Origin: Candidatus Poribacteria bacterium | Lineage (GTDB): Bacteria > Poribacteria > WGA-4E > WGA-3G | Assembly: GCA_022824835.1 (NCBI GenBank) | Contig: JAJDZB010000073.1 | Coordinates: 23,933-87,932, forward strand | Length of the DNA stretch: 64,000 nt | Direction of reading: 5' to 3' | Program-made: the position numbers and the translations under genes | The notes under the pieces: model-generated | What the model was told of the DNA's origin: nothing | The model's input: the letters and a program-made list of their open reading frames with translations, nothing else | Databases searched by the model: none | In this document: positions 7,539 through 18,092 of the stretch, piece by piece | Position numbering within the stretch: the first letter of the stretch is position 1 | Layout of the letters: each line of letters begins with the position of its first letter

Positions 7539-10124
7539 TTATTTGTGTTTGGTCTGATGCGTTTTCTTCAAGGATTCCCATCTGCTTTTCGTGTCTCCTT
7601 GAGTGTTTATGTGTGAAAAATCAAACAACCTATTTTTGAATATACTACTCGTTGAATGTGTCTCTCCATGTATCTCTTCGGCTAAGAAAGGTTGTATTGG
7701 CGCAAGTCTCTGTAGAATAGCAGTTAACATACTTGATACAGTGATATATTTAGAGTCTACATTTTCATCAGTTATCTCGGTTTTAGATAGGTCAATATAA
7801 AAGAGGAGCTCAGATTGGCAAAAATCAAAGAGTAATTGCCATATCTTTGCGTAATCACTTACTTCGTAGTATGCTTCGATCTGTTGAATGTGTTCTCTGG
7901 TTACTGAGATTGCAAGCTTATCCTGTTCAAGTAAGATACTGGTTCTGTCGTCTTCATTTTCATCAGCGAGTGTTCTATGCTTATCTGATCCTGTTCTTTT
8001 TTTCAAATCTTTTAGGAAATTAGCAGCTTGATACAATGCATCTTTAAGTTGTCCATATTTGTTGTAATACTCTTTAATTAACGCTTCTAATTGTTGTTTT
8101 CCATTTCCTTTAATCGGCACTTCATGAATATCAGGTAGTATTGAGACATGTCGTATTACATCTGCTGGATATTCTTGTATGTGTTCTTCAAGCACCTCAG
8201 TTTCCCAAACATGTTCCGCAATATGATGTAACATAATATGCTTGAAGGGTTGGCTTTCTTTAGAGGGACGACTTAATTGCATTGCAGCAGAGAGGATACT
8301 CAATTCTCCTAACCATTTTAGAAATGTTGTTTTTGGTAAGAATATAACATTTCTTGAAGAATCAAGTATCGGTGTTTTAAAGTCAGAACTGTCAAGTGTT
8401 TGAAGTAGGTTTGAGAAATCGCTTTCAATATATGTTGATTCTTTTCTAAAGTCTTTTGAATGACAGTTGACACAGACTGTATCTGTAGGCAATAATTCTT
8501 CTACACTTAATCTGAACCAGTGTTCAGAGCCGCGACGAATTGAACTACGGACTGCTCTAAGGATCTTCTTATCTGTAATTAGATCGTTGCAGTTATCGCA
8601 TCGGAGTACAGGAAGCGGTACTCCCCATTGGCGTTGTGAGGATATGGGCATATCATTGATATTACGTATCTCATTTTGAATAGGGGTTTGTATGTCTTCA
8701 GGATAATGATCCCAATAATCTTGTGAAGTTGAGACTTCCCGAAGAACATTAGGTGACGGATTTGAGAAGAACCAATGGCGATAGGGCCGTGAGACTGATG
8801 TATTGTTGCAATGTTGACAGTGAAGCTGCTGTTTTTTTTCGTTTCTGGCATTAATCAAACATTCCCGTGTTTCTAACTCATCGCTGATAAATTGAATTGC
8901 ATTGAACAAATTTAAACCACATAGTATATCTGTTTCCTCTGTGAACCTGCCAGTTTCATCAAAGATTGGAATTATGGAAGAGGATGAAACAAATTGTTCG
9001 TTTATGAAATTTCCGATCTCTGGCATAGTTTTACATATAGTATAACTTAGCGAATGGTGTGCTGGATTCAACGGGATGATGCCTGATAACATTTCATTTT
9101 TTTCAGATTTCTCTTCAAGAGAAGCATTGACCGCCTCAGGTATAATGACGAATCTTAGGTCTGTTAAAGAAAAAAGCGGGTGTGTTAGACTGCAATCTCT
9201 TAGTTTTGAAGGATTTAATTTTGCGATGGGTTCAGGGAGTTCTGTGCGTTTCGAGTTAGGATGTGCGAATTTTTTTAGTTGTGGTTCAGAGAAAATGATG
9301 TACTGTTTTTCATACTTTGTCAACCAGAAAGGGACTTTTTCATAGATACCGATTGCTATCGTACCCGCGATTTTCCATAATTGCGATATGGGTAGATGCA
9401 CAGCAAAATAGACATCAGTGCCGAACTCCTCAAAACCGCTACTGAATGGAAACTTCACATAAGTAAATGCAATACTTTTCGTTAAGGGGATTGCTGTTTT
9501 TCCTGTTTCTAATGGTGAAAAACAGTTTGGACACCAATGGCTTAAACGTAGTTCGTCCTTCAGGTATTTTGAGTCTCGTAGTCTATCAAAGAAACTAAAT
9601 AGTTTCGTTTCGTGACGTGAGTCCATCGTTCTGTCAGAAGATGACCAATCAGCAAAGATGCCGAGATTTTTGAGTTTTTGCTGCTGCTTTTTGAGACGTT
9701 TCCCGTAAATCTGTCTACACTGCCTTCTAAAATTGATGATGTTGGCAGCTGATGAGATGTTCTCTTTGATGATGTGTGCTTCCACGCTAAATGGAAATGT
9801 TTCCCAAAGAGGCGTATAAGCCACTGTGTGTCCCCGCATCATTTCAGTCTTTAAGAATATGTCCTGATATATTTTCCGTCTGAGCGTATCAACGTTTAAG
9901 GTATCAACAGGTGTCGGCATTTCTCGTATGACATAAGTTGTTCTCTCAGAAGTTTTCTCATTAAAAGCGTAAACGTTCTGCGTTTTCCACAGTTTGAGTA
10001 TTTTCGATGCGATTGAACTCTCTTGTTTGTCTTGAAGTGATTCTACTGTGGATGTTGCTTTTTTAGGACTGTCTTTGGTTCTTTTTGAAGATGTCTTCTT
10101 TGCTTTACTCTTTACCTTATTCAT
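7539..10124 (-). CDS. Isoleucyl-tRNA synthetase-like protein lacking the HIGH and KMSKS motifs (putative pseudo-synthetase)
   Basis: Collinear with IleRS by eye: HWCPNCFSPLE vs HWCxxCxSALAEAE; CQHC..RPYRHWF vs CWRCxTPIxxRATPQWF; SSQRQWGVPLP vs SRQRxWGVPxP; anticodon-domain helix YEVSDYAKIWQLLFDFCQSELLFYIDLSK. The HIGH position reads TLNVDT, and no KMSKS-like loop is present. Sits directly upstream of lspA. Confidence 0.75.
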   Translation of the reverse strand: MNKVKSKAKKTSSKRTKDSPKKATSTVESLQDKQESSIASKILKLWKTQNVYAFNEKTSERTTYVIREMPTPVDTLNVDTLRRKIYQDIFLKTEMMRGHTVAYTPLWETFPFSVEAHIIKENISSAANIINFRRQCRQIYGKRLKKQQQKLKNLGIFADWSSSDRTMDSRHETKLFSFFDRLRDSKYLKDELRLSHWCPNCFSPLETGKTAIPLTKSIAFTYVKFPFSSGFEEFGTDVYFAVHLPISQLWKIAGTIAIGIYEKVPFWLTKYEKQYIIFSEPQLKKFAHPNSKRTELPEPIAKLNPSKLRDCSLTHPLFSLTDLRFVIIPEAVNASLEEKSEKNEMLSGIIPLNPAHHSLSYTICKTMPEIGNFINEQFVSSSSIIPIFDETGRFTEETDILCGLNLFNAIQFISDELETRECLINARNEKKQQLHCQHCNNTSVSRPYRHWFFSNPSPNVLREVSTSQDYWDHYPEDIQTPIQNEIRNINDMPISSQRQWGVPLPVLRCDNCNDLITDKKILRAVRSSIRRGSEHWFRLSVEELLPTDTVCVNCHSKDFRKESTYIESDFSNLLQTLDSSDFKTPILDSSRNVIFLPKTTFLKWLGELSILSAAMQLSRPSKESQPFKHIMLHHIAEHVWETEVLEEHIQEYPADVIRHVSILPDIHEVPIKGNGKQQLEALIKEYYNKYGQLKDALYQAANFLKDLKKRTGSDKHRTLADENEDDRTSILLEQDKLAISVTREHIQQIEAYYEVSDYAKIWQLLFDFCQSELLFYIDLSKTEITDENVDSKYITVSSMLTAILQRLAPIQPFLAEEIHGETHSTSSIFKNRLFDFSHINTQGDTKSRWESLKKTHQTKHK

Positions 10125-10202
10125 ATAGCACTATCTATTGGATTATTGAAATGAACGGGTTTTATTCAAGATAATTTGTAAGAACGGCATAATACATAAT
10201 GT

Positions 10203-10469
10203 TCACACGATCAGTAATCTATTTAATACTATCAGGAGAAAGATTAATACCATTGGTGAAAAATCGATTCCAAGATTCCCAGTTAAAGGTCTGATTATAT
10301 TTCTAATAGGTTGTAGTAGCGGATCAACCAATTGACTGGTTATCGTATAGATTTTATGGATGGTTGAATTCCTTGTGGCAAACACTATCCAAGATAGAAA
10401 CACATTTGCAATTACAATAAAAACATAAATTTCAATCACCCAACTAAGAAAAGTCGCAATTATAGGCAT
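10203..10469 (-). CDS. yggT: YggT family membrane protein
   Basis: 88 aa with two TM segments, NVFLSWI..LVDPLLQPIRNIIRP..IDFSPMV pattern. Adjacent to proC and yggS. Confidence 0.75.
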   Translation of the reverse strand: MPIIATFLSWVIEIYVFIVIANVFLSWIVFATRNSTIHKIYTITSQLVDPLLQPIRNIIRPLTGNLGIDFSPMVLIFLLIVLNRLLIV

Positions 10470-10487
10470 TATGGTTTCATACCTTTC

Positions 10488-11306
10488 TCATTCATCGGAA
10501 TCGAGTTGTTTTGCTCGTTCTGTTGCAGCGATTATTGCTCTTGCAAGTGTTGCGCGTAAACCACCGTTTTCGAGTTCATGAAGACCTGCGGCGGTTGTGC
10601 CTCCAGGTGTTGTCACGCGATTTTTCAAAATTGCTGGATGTTCCAGCGATTCTGAAAGCATTGTCGCTGCACCTAATACTGTATGGATTGCCAACGTCTG
10701 TGCCTCCTGGCGAGGTAAGCCGACATGCACACCTGCATCTGCTAACGCCTCTATGAAAAGCGCAACATAAGCCGGTCCGCTACCACTGAGACCTGTGACA
10801 GCATTTAGATGCCGTTCCTCCATGACTAACGTAGTACCACAACTCCTAAATAACTCCTGAGCAATGTTGATATGTTCCGTATTTGCAGCAGAACCTGCAG
10901 TTAAAACTGAGATCGCTTCTCCAACAGATGCTGCGATATTTGGCATGACACGCACAATAGGAGGTACATTCACACAATACGATTCTAATGTCTTAGTCGT
11001 TACACCCGCAGCAATACTAACAATCCATTGTGTAGGTGTAAGACTCTTGGCGACTTGTGGGAGGATTCTTGGAACAGCTACAGGCGGAACTGCACAAAGG
11101 ACTACTTCTGTGTTATCTAAGAGTTCTTCTATATTGGATGCAGCGTTAACTTTTAGATCATCACAGAGTTGCTTTACCAGGGCAGTGTCTATATCAGTAA
11201 TCCATATCTGTTGAGGTGTTAAGGTAGAATCTACGATACTGTTAACGATGATTCCACCCATTTTCCCAACGCCAATTACTCCTAATTTTAGGTTGTCTAA
11301 CACCAT
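10488..11306 (-). CDS. proC: Pyrroline-5-carboxylate reductase
   Basis: LGVIGVGKMGG Rossmann motif, VRVMPNIAASVGE, VTTPGGTTAAGL. Confidence 0.9.
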   Translation of the reverse strand: MVLDNLKLGVIGVGKMGGIIVNSIVDSTLTPQQIWITDIDTALVKQLCDDLKVNAASNIEELLDNTEVVLCAVPPVAVPRILPQVAKSLTPTQWIVSIAAGVTTKTLESYCVNVPPIVRVMPNIAASVGEAISVLTAGSAANTEHINIAQELFRSCGTTLVMEERHLNAVTGLSGSGPAYVALFIEALADAGVHVGLPRQEAQTLAIHTVLGAATMLSESLEHPAILKNRVTTPGGTTAAGLHELENGGLRATLARAIIAATERAKQLDSDE

Positions 11307-11401
11307 CTATCTCCTATAAAACTTGGGCCTATAAAACTTGGGCTGCCAAACCTTAATCCACAGTGCTCAGTATTATACAGTTTGGTCATTTTTTATTTTA
11401 T

Positions 11402-12121
11402 TTATGCAAAAATTGCGCGACCTATCCTAACAAGGTTTGCCCCTTCTTCGATTGCAACTTCAAAATCACCTGTCATACCCATAGATAGGTAACGCATATC
11501 TACATTGGGAGAATCTTCAATTTTTAGATTGTCAGCAAGATTTCTTAATGCTTCAAAAGCGGGTCGGTTTTCCTCTGGATCTGTAGTGAATTTACCCATA
11601 GTCATTAACCCACACACCCGCACATTGGCGTAATTGATAGATTTTTCAATTATATTTGGCACTTCCTTAGAATCTAATCCGTATTTACTTTTTTCTCCAG
11701 TTGTATTTACTTGTAGTAAAATATCTGTCACGTTTTCCTGTTCTATGGAACGTTTGGAAATCTCTTCTACTAACCGCAAACTATCGACCGAATGAATCAA
11801 TGAAAACATGCTCAGAGCGGGTTTTACTTTGTTTCTTTGTAGATGTCCAATTAGATGCCACGCAAAGGTTCTATTAGATTCAGGTGCATTCAATAGATTC
11901 CAAGGTAGAGAATTGACAGGTTCAAATTTCTGCTGTGCTTCCTGAATACGATTTTCGGCTATGATAGTCGCGCCTGCATTAAGTACAGTCTCTATATCTG
12001 TTACTGATACCCCTTTGGTTACAACGACAAGTTGAATTGATTCGGGTGAACGTCCGCTTTTTTGTGCAGCTTCTGCTATCCGTTGCTTTACATGTGCAAA
12101 GTTTTCGGCAATCCGATTCAA
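11402..12121 (-). CDS. yggS: YggS family pyridoxal-phosphate homeostasis protein
   Basis: LVVVTKGVS, WHLIGHLQRNKVK, LSMGMTGDFEVAIEEGANLVRIGRAIF. TTG start. Confidence 0.85.
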   Translation of the reverse strand: MNRIAENFAHVKQRIAEAAQKSGRSPESIQLVVVTKGVSVTDIETVLNAGATIIAENRIQEAQQKFEPVNSLPWNLLNAPESNRTFAWHLIGHLQRNKVKPALSMFSLIHSVDSLRLVEEISKRSIEQENVTDILLQVNTTGEKSKYGLDSKEVPNIIEKSINYANVRVCGLMTMGKFTTDPEENRPAFEALRNLADNLKIEDSPNVDMRYLSMGMTGDFEVAIEEGANLVRIGRAIFA

Positions 12122-12453
12122 CTGTCCTGTTCCTCCTTTGTGAGATTGTGAACGGTGTTGTTTGCCTCATCTGTTTTTTCAGATTTACGGAATATGCTCA
12201 AGAACCGATCGGGCATATTGTCCCAATTAAACATCATGCCAATAACAGCAATCAGAATGCCGAAACTGATAGTTCCGATTCCGATGACCACAAAATGTGT
12301 AGCTTCAGTGTATACTTGTGTTACTCTGACAGCTGTCGGTGTTTCCTTAGATAATTCCTCTTTATATTTACTTGGATGGACGTACCCCCGCACAATAAAT
12401 ATTAGACCGATTATACTTATCAGGATAGACGCAACTGCAAAAATGGAACGCAT
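12118..12453 (-). CDS. Hypothetical small membrane protein
   Basis: Two hydrophobic helices. 4-nt overlap with the yggS start suggests translational coupling. No family recognised. Confidence 0.45.
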   Translation of the reverse strand: MRSIFAVASILISIIGLIFIVRGYVHPSKYKEELSKETPTAVRVTQVYTEATHFVVIGIGTISFGILIAVIGMMFNWDNMPDRFLSIFRKSEKTDEANNTVHNLTKEEQDS

Positions 12454-12587
12454 TTTAAAACCCTACAGCAACTGTAAAATGTGTTCAGAGATAGAGCAGA
12501 TGTCAATCTCTTATATGATACCATTTATTGATTGGTATTGCAAATTTGATTACGGTAAAGGTGTGTAAGTATTTTGTTACTTTTTTA

Positions 12588-12695
12588 TAAGAGACGGCAC
12601 TCGGCGATTGCCTACTACTATTAAGAGACGGCACTCGGAGCGTGCCTACTACTATTAAGAGACGGCACTCGGAGCGTGCCTACTACTATTAAGAG
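12588..12695. repeat. Tandem hairpin repeat, three 34-bp units of the same family
   Basis: TAAGAGACGGCACTCGG(A/C)G(C/A)(G/T)TGCCTACTACTAT with a 34-bp period (units start at 12588, 12622, 12656). No unique spacers. Confidence 0.9.
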
Positions 12696-12703
12696 CAGTG
12701 GCA

Positions 12704-14161
12704 TTAATTCCATCTTTCTACGACTACCTTTTTCTGTGTAAAGAAATCGACAGCATCCCAACTCTGTCCGTGCAGGTCGCCAAAGAAGCTGTCCTTCCAC
12801 CCACTGAATGGGAAGAACGCCATCGGTGCTGCAACGCCTATGTTGATACCGATGTTTCCGATGTGTGCTTCGTAGCGAAATTTGCGTGCTGATCTACCAT
12901 TATTTGTAAAAAGGCATGCCATGTTCCCATAGTTACCGCTGTTGATGAGCGAAATTGCTGCATCAATGTTGTCTACATGTATGAGACCTAAGACGGGCCC
13001 GAATATCTCAGTTTTGGCGATTTCTCCTTGTGGTTCAAGCTCGCTGAGCACAGTAGGCCGTATAAAGTTCCCGTTGTCACCATCTTGTATTTCAGGAAAA
13101 CGTCCATCGACTAACACGCGTGCCCCTGCATCAATTCCATTCTGTATCAACCCTTCGATTCGTTTTCTGCTTTCGGGCGTAATAACGGGTCCCATCTGTA
13201 CATTTTCATCTAAACCATTGCCTACTATTCTATCTGTTGCGATATCACTGATTGCTCTTGGAAACCAGTTTCGCGCGCCGCCTACCGCTATTGCCAGTGA
13301 GGCAGCGAGGCACCGCTGACCTGCACAACCGAAAGCACTATCCGCGGTTGCATTTACAGTAAACTGCGGATCAGCATCTGGTAAGATGATCAATGGATTC
13401 TTGGCACCACCTTGGCACTGAACCCGTTTTCCGTGTGCTGCGGCTTTTGCATAGACCGCTTTTGCTGTTGGTGTTGATCCGACGAAGCTGATGGCTTGTA
13501 TGTCTGGATGTTCTAATATAGTATTTACGGTTTCTTGTCCGCCATTCACCAGATTGACGACACCTTGGGGAAGTCCAGTCTGCTCAAGGAGTCGGAATAT
13601 CTTTTGCATCGTCAATGGGACCTTTTCTGACGGTTTGACAATGTAGGTATTGCCGCAAGCGATAGCATAGGGAAGAAACCAGAAGGTGATCATACCGGGA
13701 AAATTGAAAGGTGCGATAACAGCGCAAACGCCAATCGGTTGCCGGATCATGAACTCATCAATTCCGGTAGCGATGTCCTCCAAGTTTGTTCCTTGCATGA
13801 GTGTCGGAATTCCACATGCGACCTCAACGTTTTCAATTGCGCGTCGCATTTCACCTTTTGCTTCACTCAGCGTTTTTCCGCACTCCAAAGTGATGGTTTT
13901 GGCGATATCATCAATGTTCTCCTCAAGTAGATTCTTGAGTTTAAATAGGTATTGTATCCGTTCGAGAGGTGGTGTGCGTCGCCACTCTTCAAATGCCGTT
14001 GTTGCTGCGGAAGCTGCCGCATTTACCTCTTCGGATGGAGATAACGGCACTCTTGAAAGCACTTCACCTGTTGCAGGATTGGTAACATCAAGGAGATTTG
14101 AGGTTACAGATTCTTGCCACACATTGTCAATATAGTTTAGAATAGTGGATTGATTAATCAT
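12704..14161 (-). CDS. mmsA: CoA-acylating methylmalonate-semialdehyde dehydrogenase (aldehyde dehydrogenase family)
   Basis: [44 protein letters not shown], catalytic GQRCLA. Confidence 0.8.
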   Translation of the reverse strand: MINQSTILNYIDNVWQESVTSNLLDVTNPATGEVLSRVPLSPSEEVNAAASAATTAFEEWRRTPPLERIQYLFKLKNLLEENIDDIAKTITLECGKTLSEAKGEMRRAIENVEVACGIPTLMQGTNLEDIATGIDEFMIRQPIGVCAVIAPFNFPGMITFWFLPYAIACGNTYIVKPSEKVPLTMQKIFRLLEQTGLPQGVVNLVNGGQETVNTILEHPDIQAISFVGSTPTAKAVYAKAAAHGKRVQCQGGAKNPLIILPDADPQFTVNATADSAFGCAGQRCLAASLAIAVGGARNWFPRAISDIATDRIVGNGLDENVQMGPVITPESRKRIEGLIQNGIDAGARVLVDGRFPEIQDGDNGNFIRPTVLSELEPQGEIAKTEIFGPVLGLIHVDNIDAAISLINSGNYGNMACLFTNNGRSARKFRYEAHIGNIGINIGVAAPMAFFPFSGWKDSFFGDLHGQSWDAVDFFTQKKVVVERWN

Positions 14162-15597
14162 TACTGGTTTCGCTTTGTAAATAGTTCAAGTACTTTAAGC
14201 TGCTCTATAGCAGCGACAATTTGAGGGTCATGCATGATTTCATCTTTAATATTTTCAGTTTCTAAAGCGATGGCATACTTAATACCGATATCACTAAGGA
14301 TAATCTGTTCGTCCGTGAGTGAATCTGACAGGCGGCTGTAAGCGCGCAAGAGTCTTGCAGCTTGTCGGTCATCTCTTGATGCATGTTCAGCGTCAAATAA
14401 TTTTTGTAATACGTCGTCGCCATGCTCTTCAACAAATGTTTTTAGTTTATCGTGGTTACGCAATTTCAACTGCATCTGACGTTCTGAACGACTGAAGTAT
14501 GCGGTCTCAACATCAGGTATGATGCCAATTTTGTCAATATCAACACCTTTTGGTGTATAGTAATGTGCGACAGTCAATTTAATTGCAGCCTTAGAATCAC
14601 TGAGTGAAAAGACTTTCTGTACGGAAGCTTTACCGAAGGTCTTACTTCCCATCACTAAACCTCTGCTATGGTCTTTTATTGCCCCTGCAACGATTTCTGA
14701 TGCACTTGCACTACCGCCATCAACTAAAACGATTAAGGGGAGTTTTTCTCTCGCTTCTCCCTTTGCCTGGAAGTCTTCACGGTCTTCAAGTCCTTGGCTG
14801 TAAACAACAAGCTGCCCGGGTTCCAAGAAATCGCTTGCAATCTCAACAGCAGAACCGAGCAGGCCCCCCGGATTCAATCGTAGATCGAGGATAATACCTC
14901 GGATACCGTGCTGCGTGAATTCCGCAAATGCGTTATCTACATCATTTGCTGTTGTCTGCAGGAATTGATTGATTTTGATATATCCTATATTATCACCGAT
15001 AATCTCTGTTTCTACGCTTGGGATACGTATGACTTCACGGACGATAGTAACCTCTATTGGACGACTCACTTTAGGTCGTATGATCGTGATTGTTACAGAG
15101 GTACCGGGTTCTCCTCGTAACAGGTCAACCGCTTCGTCTAATGTCATGACAGCGGTTGATTCTCCATCGATCTGGCTGATGATATCTCCGTTTTGCACTC
15201 CTGAGAGTGCTGCAGGATTTCCCTTGAAAGGTGTTATCACTGTGATCATATCTTTTTGCATACCGACTGTCATGCCAAGTCCACCGTAGTTGCCTTGGTT
15301 CTGGGTTCGGAATGAGAGATGATCGGGTATGAATTGGCTATAAGGGTCGAGCGTACGGAGCATACCCTTTATCGCTCCTTCCATCAACTCCTCATCATCA
15401 GGATTGTCATAGTGTTCCTGTTTCACATAAGCTAATATTTCAGCAAAAAGTGCAATGTTTTTTAATAGTGTTTCATCACCCGATGTTTCAACACCCTCTT
15501 CTTCCTGTGCGAAAAGCCAAGAAATTGGAACTAAAACAGAAAAGAGGATAACTACAGGAATAACTAAAGGCAGGATAGACATTTTGTACTTGTTCAT
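14161..15597 (-). CDS. ctp: S41 family carboxyl-terminal processing peptidase
   Basis: Signal/TM, PDZ region ([26 protein letters not shown]), [38 protein letters not shown]. Confidence 0.85.
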   Translation of the reverse strand: MNKYKMSILPLVIPVVILFSVLVPISWLFAQEEEGVETSGDETLLKNIALFAEILAYVKQEHYDNPDDEELMEGAIKGMLRTLDPYSQFIPDHLSFRTQNQGNYGGLGMTVGMQKDMITVITPFKGNPAALSGVQNGDIISQIDGESTAVMTLDEAVDLLRGEPGTSVTITIIRPKVSRPIEVTIVREVIRIPSVETEIIGDNIGYIKINQFLQTTANDVDNAFAEFTQHGIRGIILDLRLNPGGLLGSAVEIASDFLEPGQLVVYSQGLEDREDFQAKGEAREKLPLIVLVDGGSASASEIVAGAIKDHSRGLVMGSKTFGKASVQKVFSLSDSKAAIKLTVAHYYTPKGVDIDKIGIIPDVETAYFSRSERQMQLKLRNHDKLKTFVEEHGDDVLQKLFDAEHASRDDRQAARLLRAYSRLSDSLTDEQIILSDIGIKYAIALETENIKDEIMHDPQIVAAIEQLKVLELFTKRNQ

Positions 15598-15699
15598 TTT
15601 ATTTTATACTCCATTTTTTTTGTCTTCATATTTCAATTTACTTGTTCTTATCAGGACTTACGCAAAATGCCCAAATTTCACCATTTTTCACAGGATTCG

Positions 15700-15752
15700 G
15701 CAGAATACGCGTTTGGTATTCTGCATTAGTTAGAAACAGCACCTACCGGGGG
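15700..15752. repeat. Hairpin GCAGAATACGCGTTTGGTATTCTGC followed by a degenerate REP core
   Basis: A related hairpin GCAGAATGCGCGTTTGGCATTCCGC occurs at 24511-24535. Confidence 0.7.
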
Positions 15753-15768
15753 AGTGCGTAAGTTCTGC

Positions 15769-16257
15769 TTATGACTTTGATATTACTTTGCGTATCCAAC
15801 GGTTTAATGTAATATACACACTGACGACGACGGCTATTGCAACAAATACGAGATCGAACCATTCCATTCTGTCAATCATGTGTTCCCATTTTGTGTTTCC
15901 AGAATAAACTGTTTTGGCAGAAGGCATGGCTTGTTCAAGTGTCAGCGTTGGGTTCTTTTCAATCATTTGATGAGCGATCTGTGTAACTGCATTCAATTGA
16001 ACGTCAAGATATTTCCCAACTAAAATGCCGAGAATTGAGAAAAACGCGGCACCTATAGCTAAAAGGATCCAATTTTTCTGATTGTCTGTATCAAGGGACT
16101 GACTTCCTGTAAATACAATACCGATACCGCACAGTGCGCCGATAGCCACTGCCACAAACCCGGCATTACTACCAGTCCATTTAATATAATTCGCCCATAG
16201 TACACCTCCTATAATTGCGCCGATGAGTCCACCTAAGGGAGCCGTTATTGCCTTCAT
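15769..16257 (-). CDS. Hypothetical integral membrane protein
   Basis: Four predicted hydrophobic helices. Overlaps the gatA stop by 4 nt. Confidence 0.45.
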   Translation of the reverse strand: MKAITAPLGGLIGAIIGGVLWANYIKWTGSNAGFVAVAIGALCGIGIVFTGSQSLDTDNQKNWILLAIGAAFFSILGILVGKYLDVQLNAVTQIAHQMIEKNPTLTLEQAMPSAKTVYSGNTKWEHMIDRMEWFDLVFVAIAVVVSVYITLNRWIRKVISKS

Positions 16258-17735
16258 ATTTTATCCTCTGTTTCTGCTATTATCGGTCTCTTTAAATGGT
16301 GGTCTGTATTCTGTTGATATGTATATGCTGTCCGTAAAAGAGTTTCTTCGTCGAATGGTGGCGTAAGTAGCTGCAAGCCTACAGGTAAACCGCTTTTTAC
16401 GTAACCGCATGGGACAGAAATCCCTGGTAATCCTGCATGACTCGCTGGTGTCGTCATGACATCACAAAGGTACATCTGAAGTGGATCTGCAGTCCGCTCA
16501 CCGATTTTGAATGCGGGTGTTGGTGAAGTTGGTGTAGCGATGACATCCACTTTCTCAAAAGCCGCATCAAAGTCAGATTTTATCAGTGTTCGTACCTTTT
16601 GCGCTTTACGATAGTATGCGTCTTGGTAGCCTGCACTGAGTGCAAAAGTTCCGAGCATGATCCGTCTTTTAACTTCCTGTCCAAAACCTTCTGTTCGGGT
16701 TTTTTTATACATATCTATCAAGTCTACAGGTTCTTCAGTCCGGTATCCGTAGCGTACGCCATCATACCTTGCCAGGTTTGCGCTTGCTTCTGCGGGTGCA
16801 ATAATATAGTATGTTGCGATTGCAAAGTCGGTATGTGGAAGTGAGATTTCCTCTAAGGATGCCCCCAATTGCTCTAACTTTTGGATAGCTGAATGAACTA
16901 GTTCTGCTACCTCAGCATCTAAACCTTCAGCGAAATACTCTTTCGGTACACCGATTCGTAATCCTTGAACATCGTTAATAAGGCTCTCTGTGAAATCTGG
17001 CACGGGAACATCAACAGATGTAGAGTCTAACGGGTCCTTACCACAGATGGCATTGAGTACTAACGCGCAATCTGTTACGTCTTTTGTAAAGGGACCTATC
17101 TGGTCAAGTGATGAAGCGAAGGCGATGAGTCCGTAACGTGAAATGCGTCCATAAGTCGGTTTCATACCGACGACCCCACACAGTGCAGCGGGTTGGCGAA
17201 TGGAACCACCAGTATCTGAACCTAAAGAGCAGATGGCTGAGTCCGCAGCTACAACAGCAGCTGAACCGCCACTTGACCCTCCTGGTATTGTTTCTAAATC
17301 CCAGGGATTGTGTGTTATCTGATAAGCAGAATTCTCGGTAGATGACCCCATTGCGAATTCGTCCATGTTCGTTTTACCTATCATGACTGCGTTCTGTTTT
17401 TGTAGTTTTGCCATGACAGTTGCATTGTAAGGCGGTTTAAAGTTACTGAGTATTTTTGATGCACACGTCGTCCGGACATCTTTGGTGCATATCACATCTT
17501 TTATTGCTATCGGTATGCCGGCAAGTGGTGGCATCTCATTTCCATTCTGAAATCCAACGTCTGCATTACTCGCTTGTTCTAAAGCTAACGCCTTTGTTAA
17601 TGTCAAGTAACCCTTCACACTCGGTTCAACCTCATCTATACGTGCATATATTGATTCAGTCAATTCGACAGCAGTGATTTCACGTTCCTTGAGTTTTTCG
17701 TGTAGTTCGTGTACTGTTAATTGATTTAGGGACAT
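16254..17735 (-). CDS. gatA: Asp-tRNA(Asn)/Glu-tRNA(Gln) amidotransferase subunit A
   Basis: Amidase signature [26 protein letters not shown]. Follows gatC. Confidence 0.95.
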   Translation of the reverse strand: MSLNQLTVHELHEKLKEREITAVELTESIYARIDEVEPSVKGYLTLTKALALEQASNADVGFQNGNEMPPLAGIPIAIKDVICTKDVRTTCASKILSNFKPPYNATVMAKLQKQNAVMIGKTNMDEFAMGSSTENSAYQITHNPWDLETIPGGSSGGSAAVVAADSAICSLGSDTGGSIRQPAALCGVVGMKPTYGRISRYGLIAFASSLDQIGPFTKDVTDCALVLNAICGKDPLDSTSVDVPVPDFTESLINDVQGLRIGVPKEYFAEGLDAEVAELVHSAIQKLEQLGASLEEISLPHTDFAIATYYIIAPAEASANLARYDGVRYGYRTEEPVDLIDMYKKTRTEGFGQEVKRRIMLGTFALSAGYQDAYYRKAQKVRTLIKSDFDAAFEKVDVIATPTSPTPAFKIGERTADPLQMYLCDVMTTPASHAGLPGISVPCGYVKSGLPVGLQLLTPPFDEETLLRTAYTYQQNTDHHLKRPIIAETEDKI

Positions 17736-17746
17736 TCAACAACTCC

Positions 17747-18043
17747 TTACGTCACATCAATTACTCTCGGGACGGCAAAATATCCTTCGGCTGTTTCAGG
17801 TGCGTTTTCAAGGACTGCATCAATAGGTAACGACTTTTTTACGACATCAGGTTTTGTAATATTTTGAAGCGGATGTATATGTGATGTAGGTGGGACATCT
17901 TCCGTATCCAATTCATTCAATTTTCCAATATAATCTAAGATTCTGCCGAGTTGTTCGGTGAAATGTTGTGTCTCTTCTGCATCAAATTCAAGCCTCGCTA
18001 AGTTTGCGACGTGGCTTACATCTTTAGGGGTGATGGTTGCCAT
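17747..18043 (-). CDS. gatC: Asp-tRNA(Asn)/Glu-tRNA(Gln) amidotransferase subunit C
   Basis: 98 aa, VSHVANLARLEF..EE, LNELDTEDVPPTSH. Confidence 0.9.
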   Translation of the reverse strand: MATITPKDVSHVANLARLEFDAEETQHFTEQLGRILDYIGKLNELDTEDVPPTSHIHPLQNITKPDVVKKSLPIDAVLENAPETAEGYFAVPRVIDVT

Positions 18044-18092
18044 ATCAATAAAACCTTCCTATACTTTTATACTTTTTGCCTGACAGCGTTAT

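Noticed and set aside
11313-11342. Perfect 15-bp tandem duplication CCTATAAAACTTGGG x2 just upstream of proC.
   Set aside because: It is real in the sequence, but it is a single small duplication with no second occurrence in the window and is likely a neutral slippage event. It might shift the proC promoter-to-RBS spacing, but I have no evidence for function.
12155-12568. ORF 12155..12568 (+), 137 aa.
   Set aside because: It is antisense to the small membrane protein gene and runs into the intergenic region. It has no RBS or family match and is less plausible than the minus-strand gene that is translationally coupled to yggS.
12588-12695. Possible CRISPR array, given the regularly spaced 34-bp palindromic repeats.
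   Set aside because: The units are directly abutting with no unique spacers. The same unit occurs as a 2-mer at 5281-5350, and no cas genes are present. It is a tandem REP-like repeat.
12942-14135. Long antisense ORFs inside mmsA (12942..13319, 13686..14135). Similar shadow ORFs lie inside fmt (5653..5988), proC (10864..11214), ctp (14969..15289), pcrA (18757..19101, 19912..20277) and others.
   Set aside because: They sit on the opposite strand of genes with strong family signatures, have Ser/Arg/Cys-rich shadow-frame composition and match no family.
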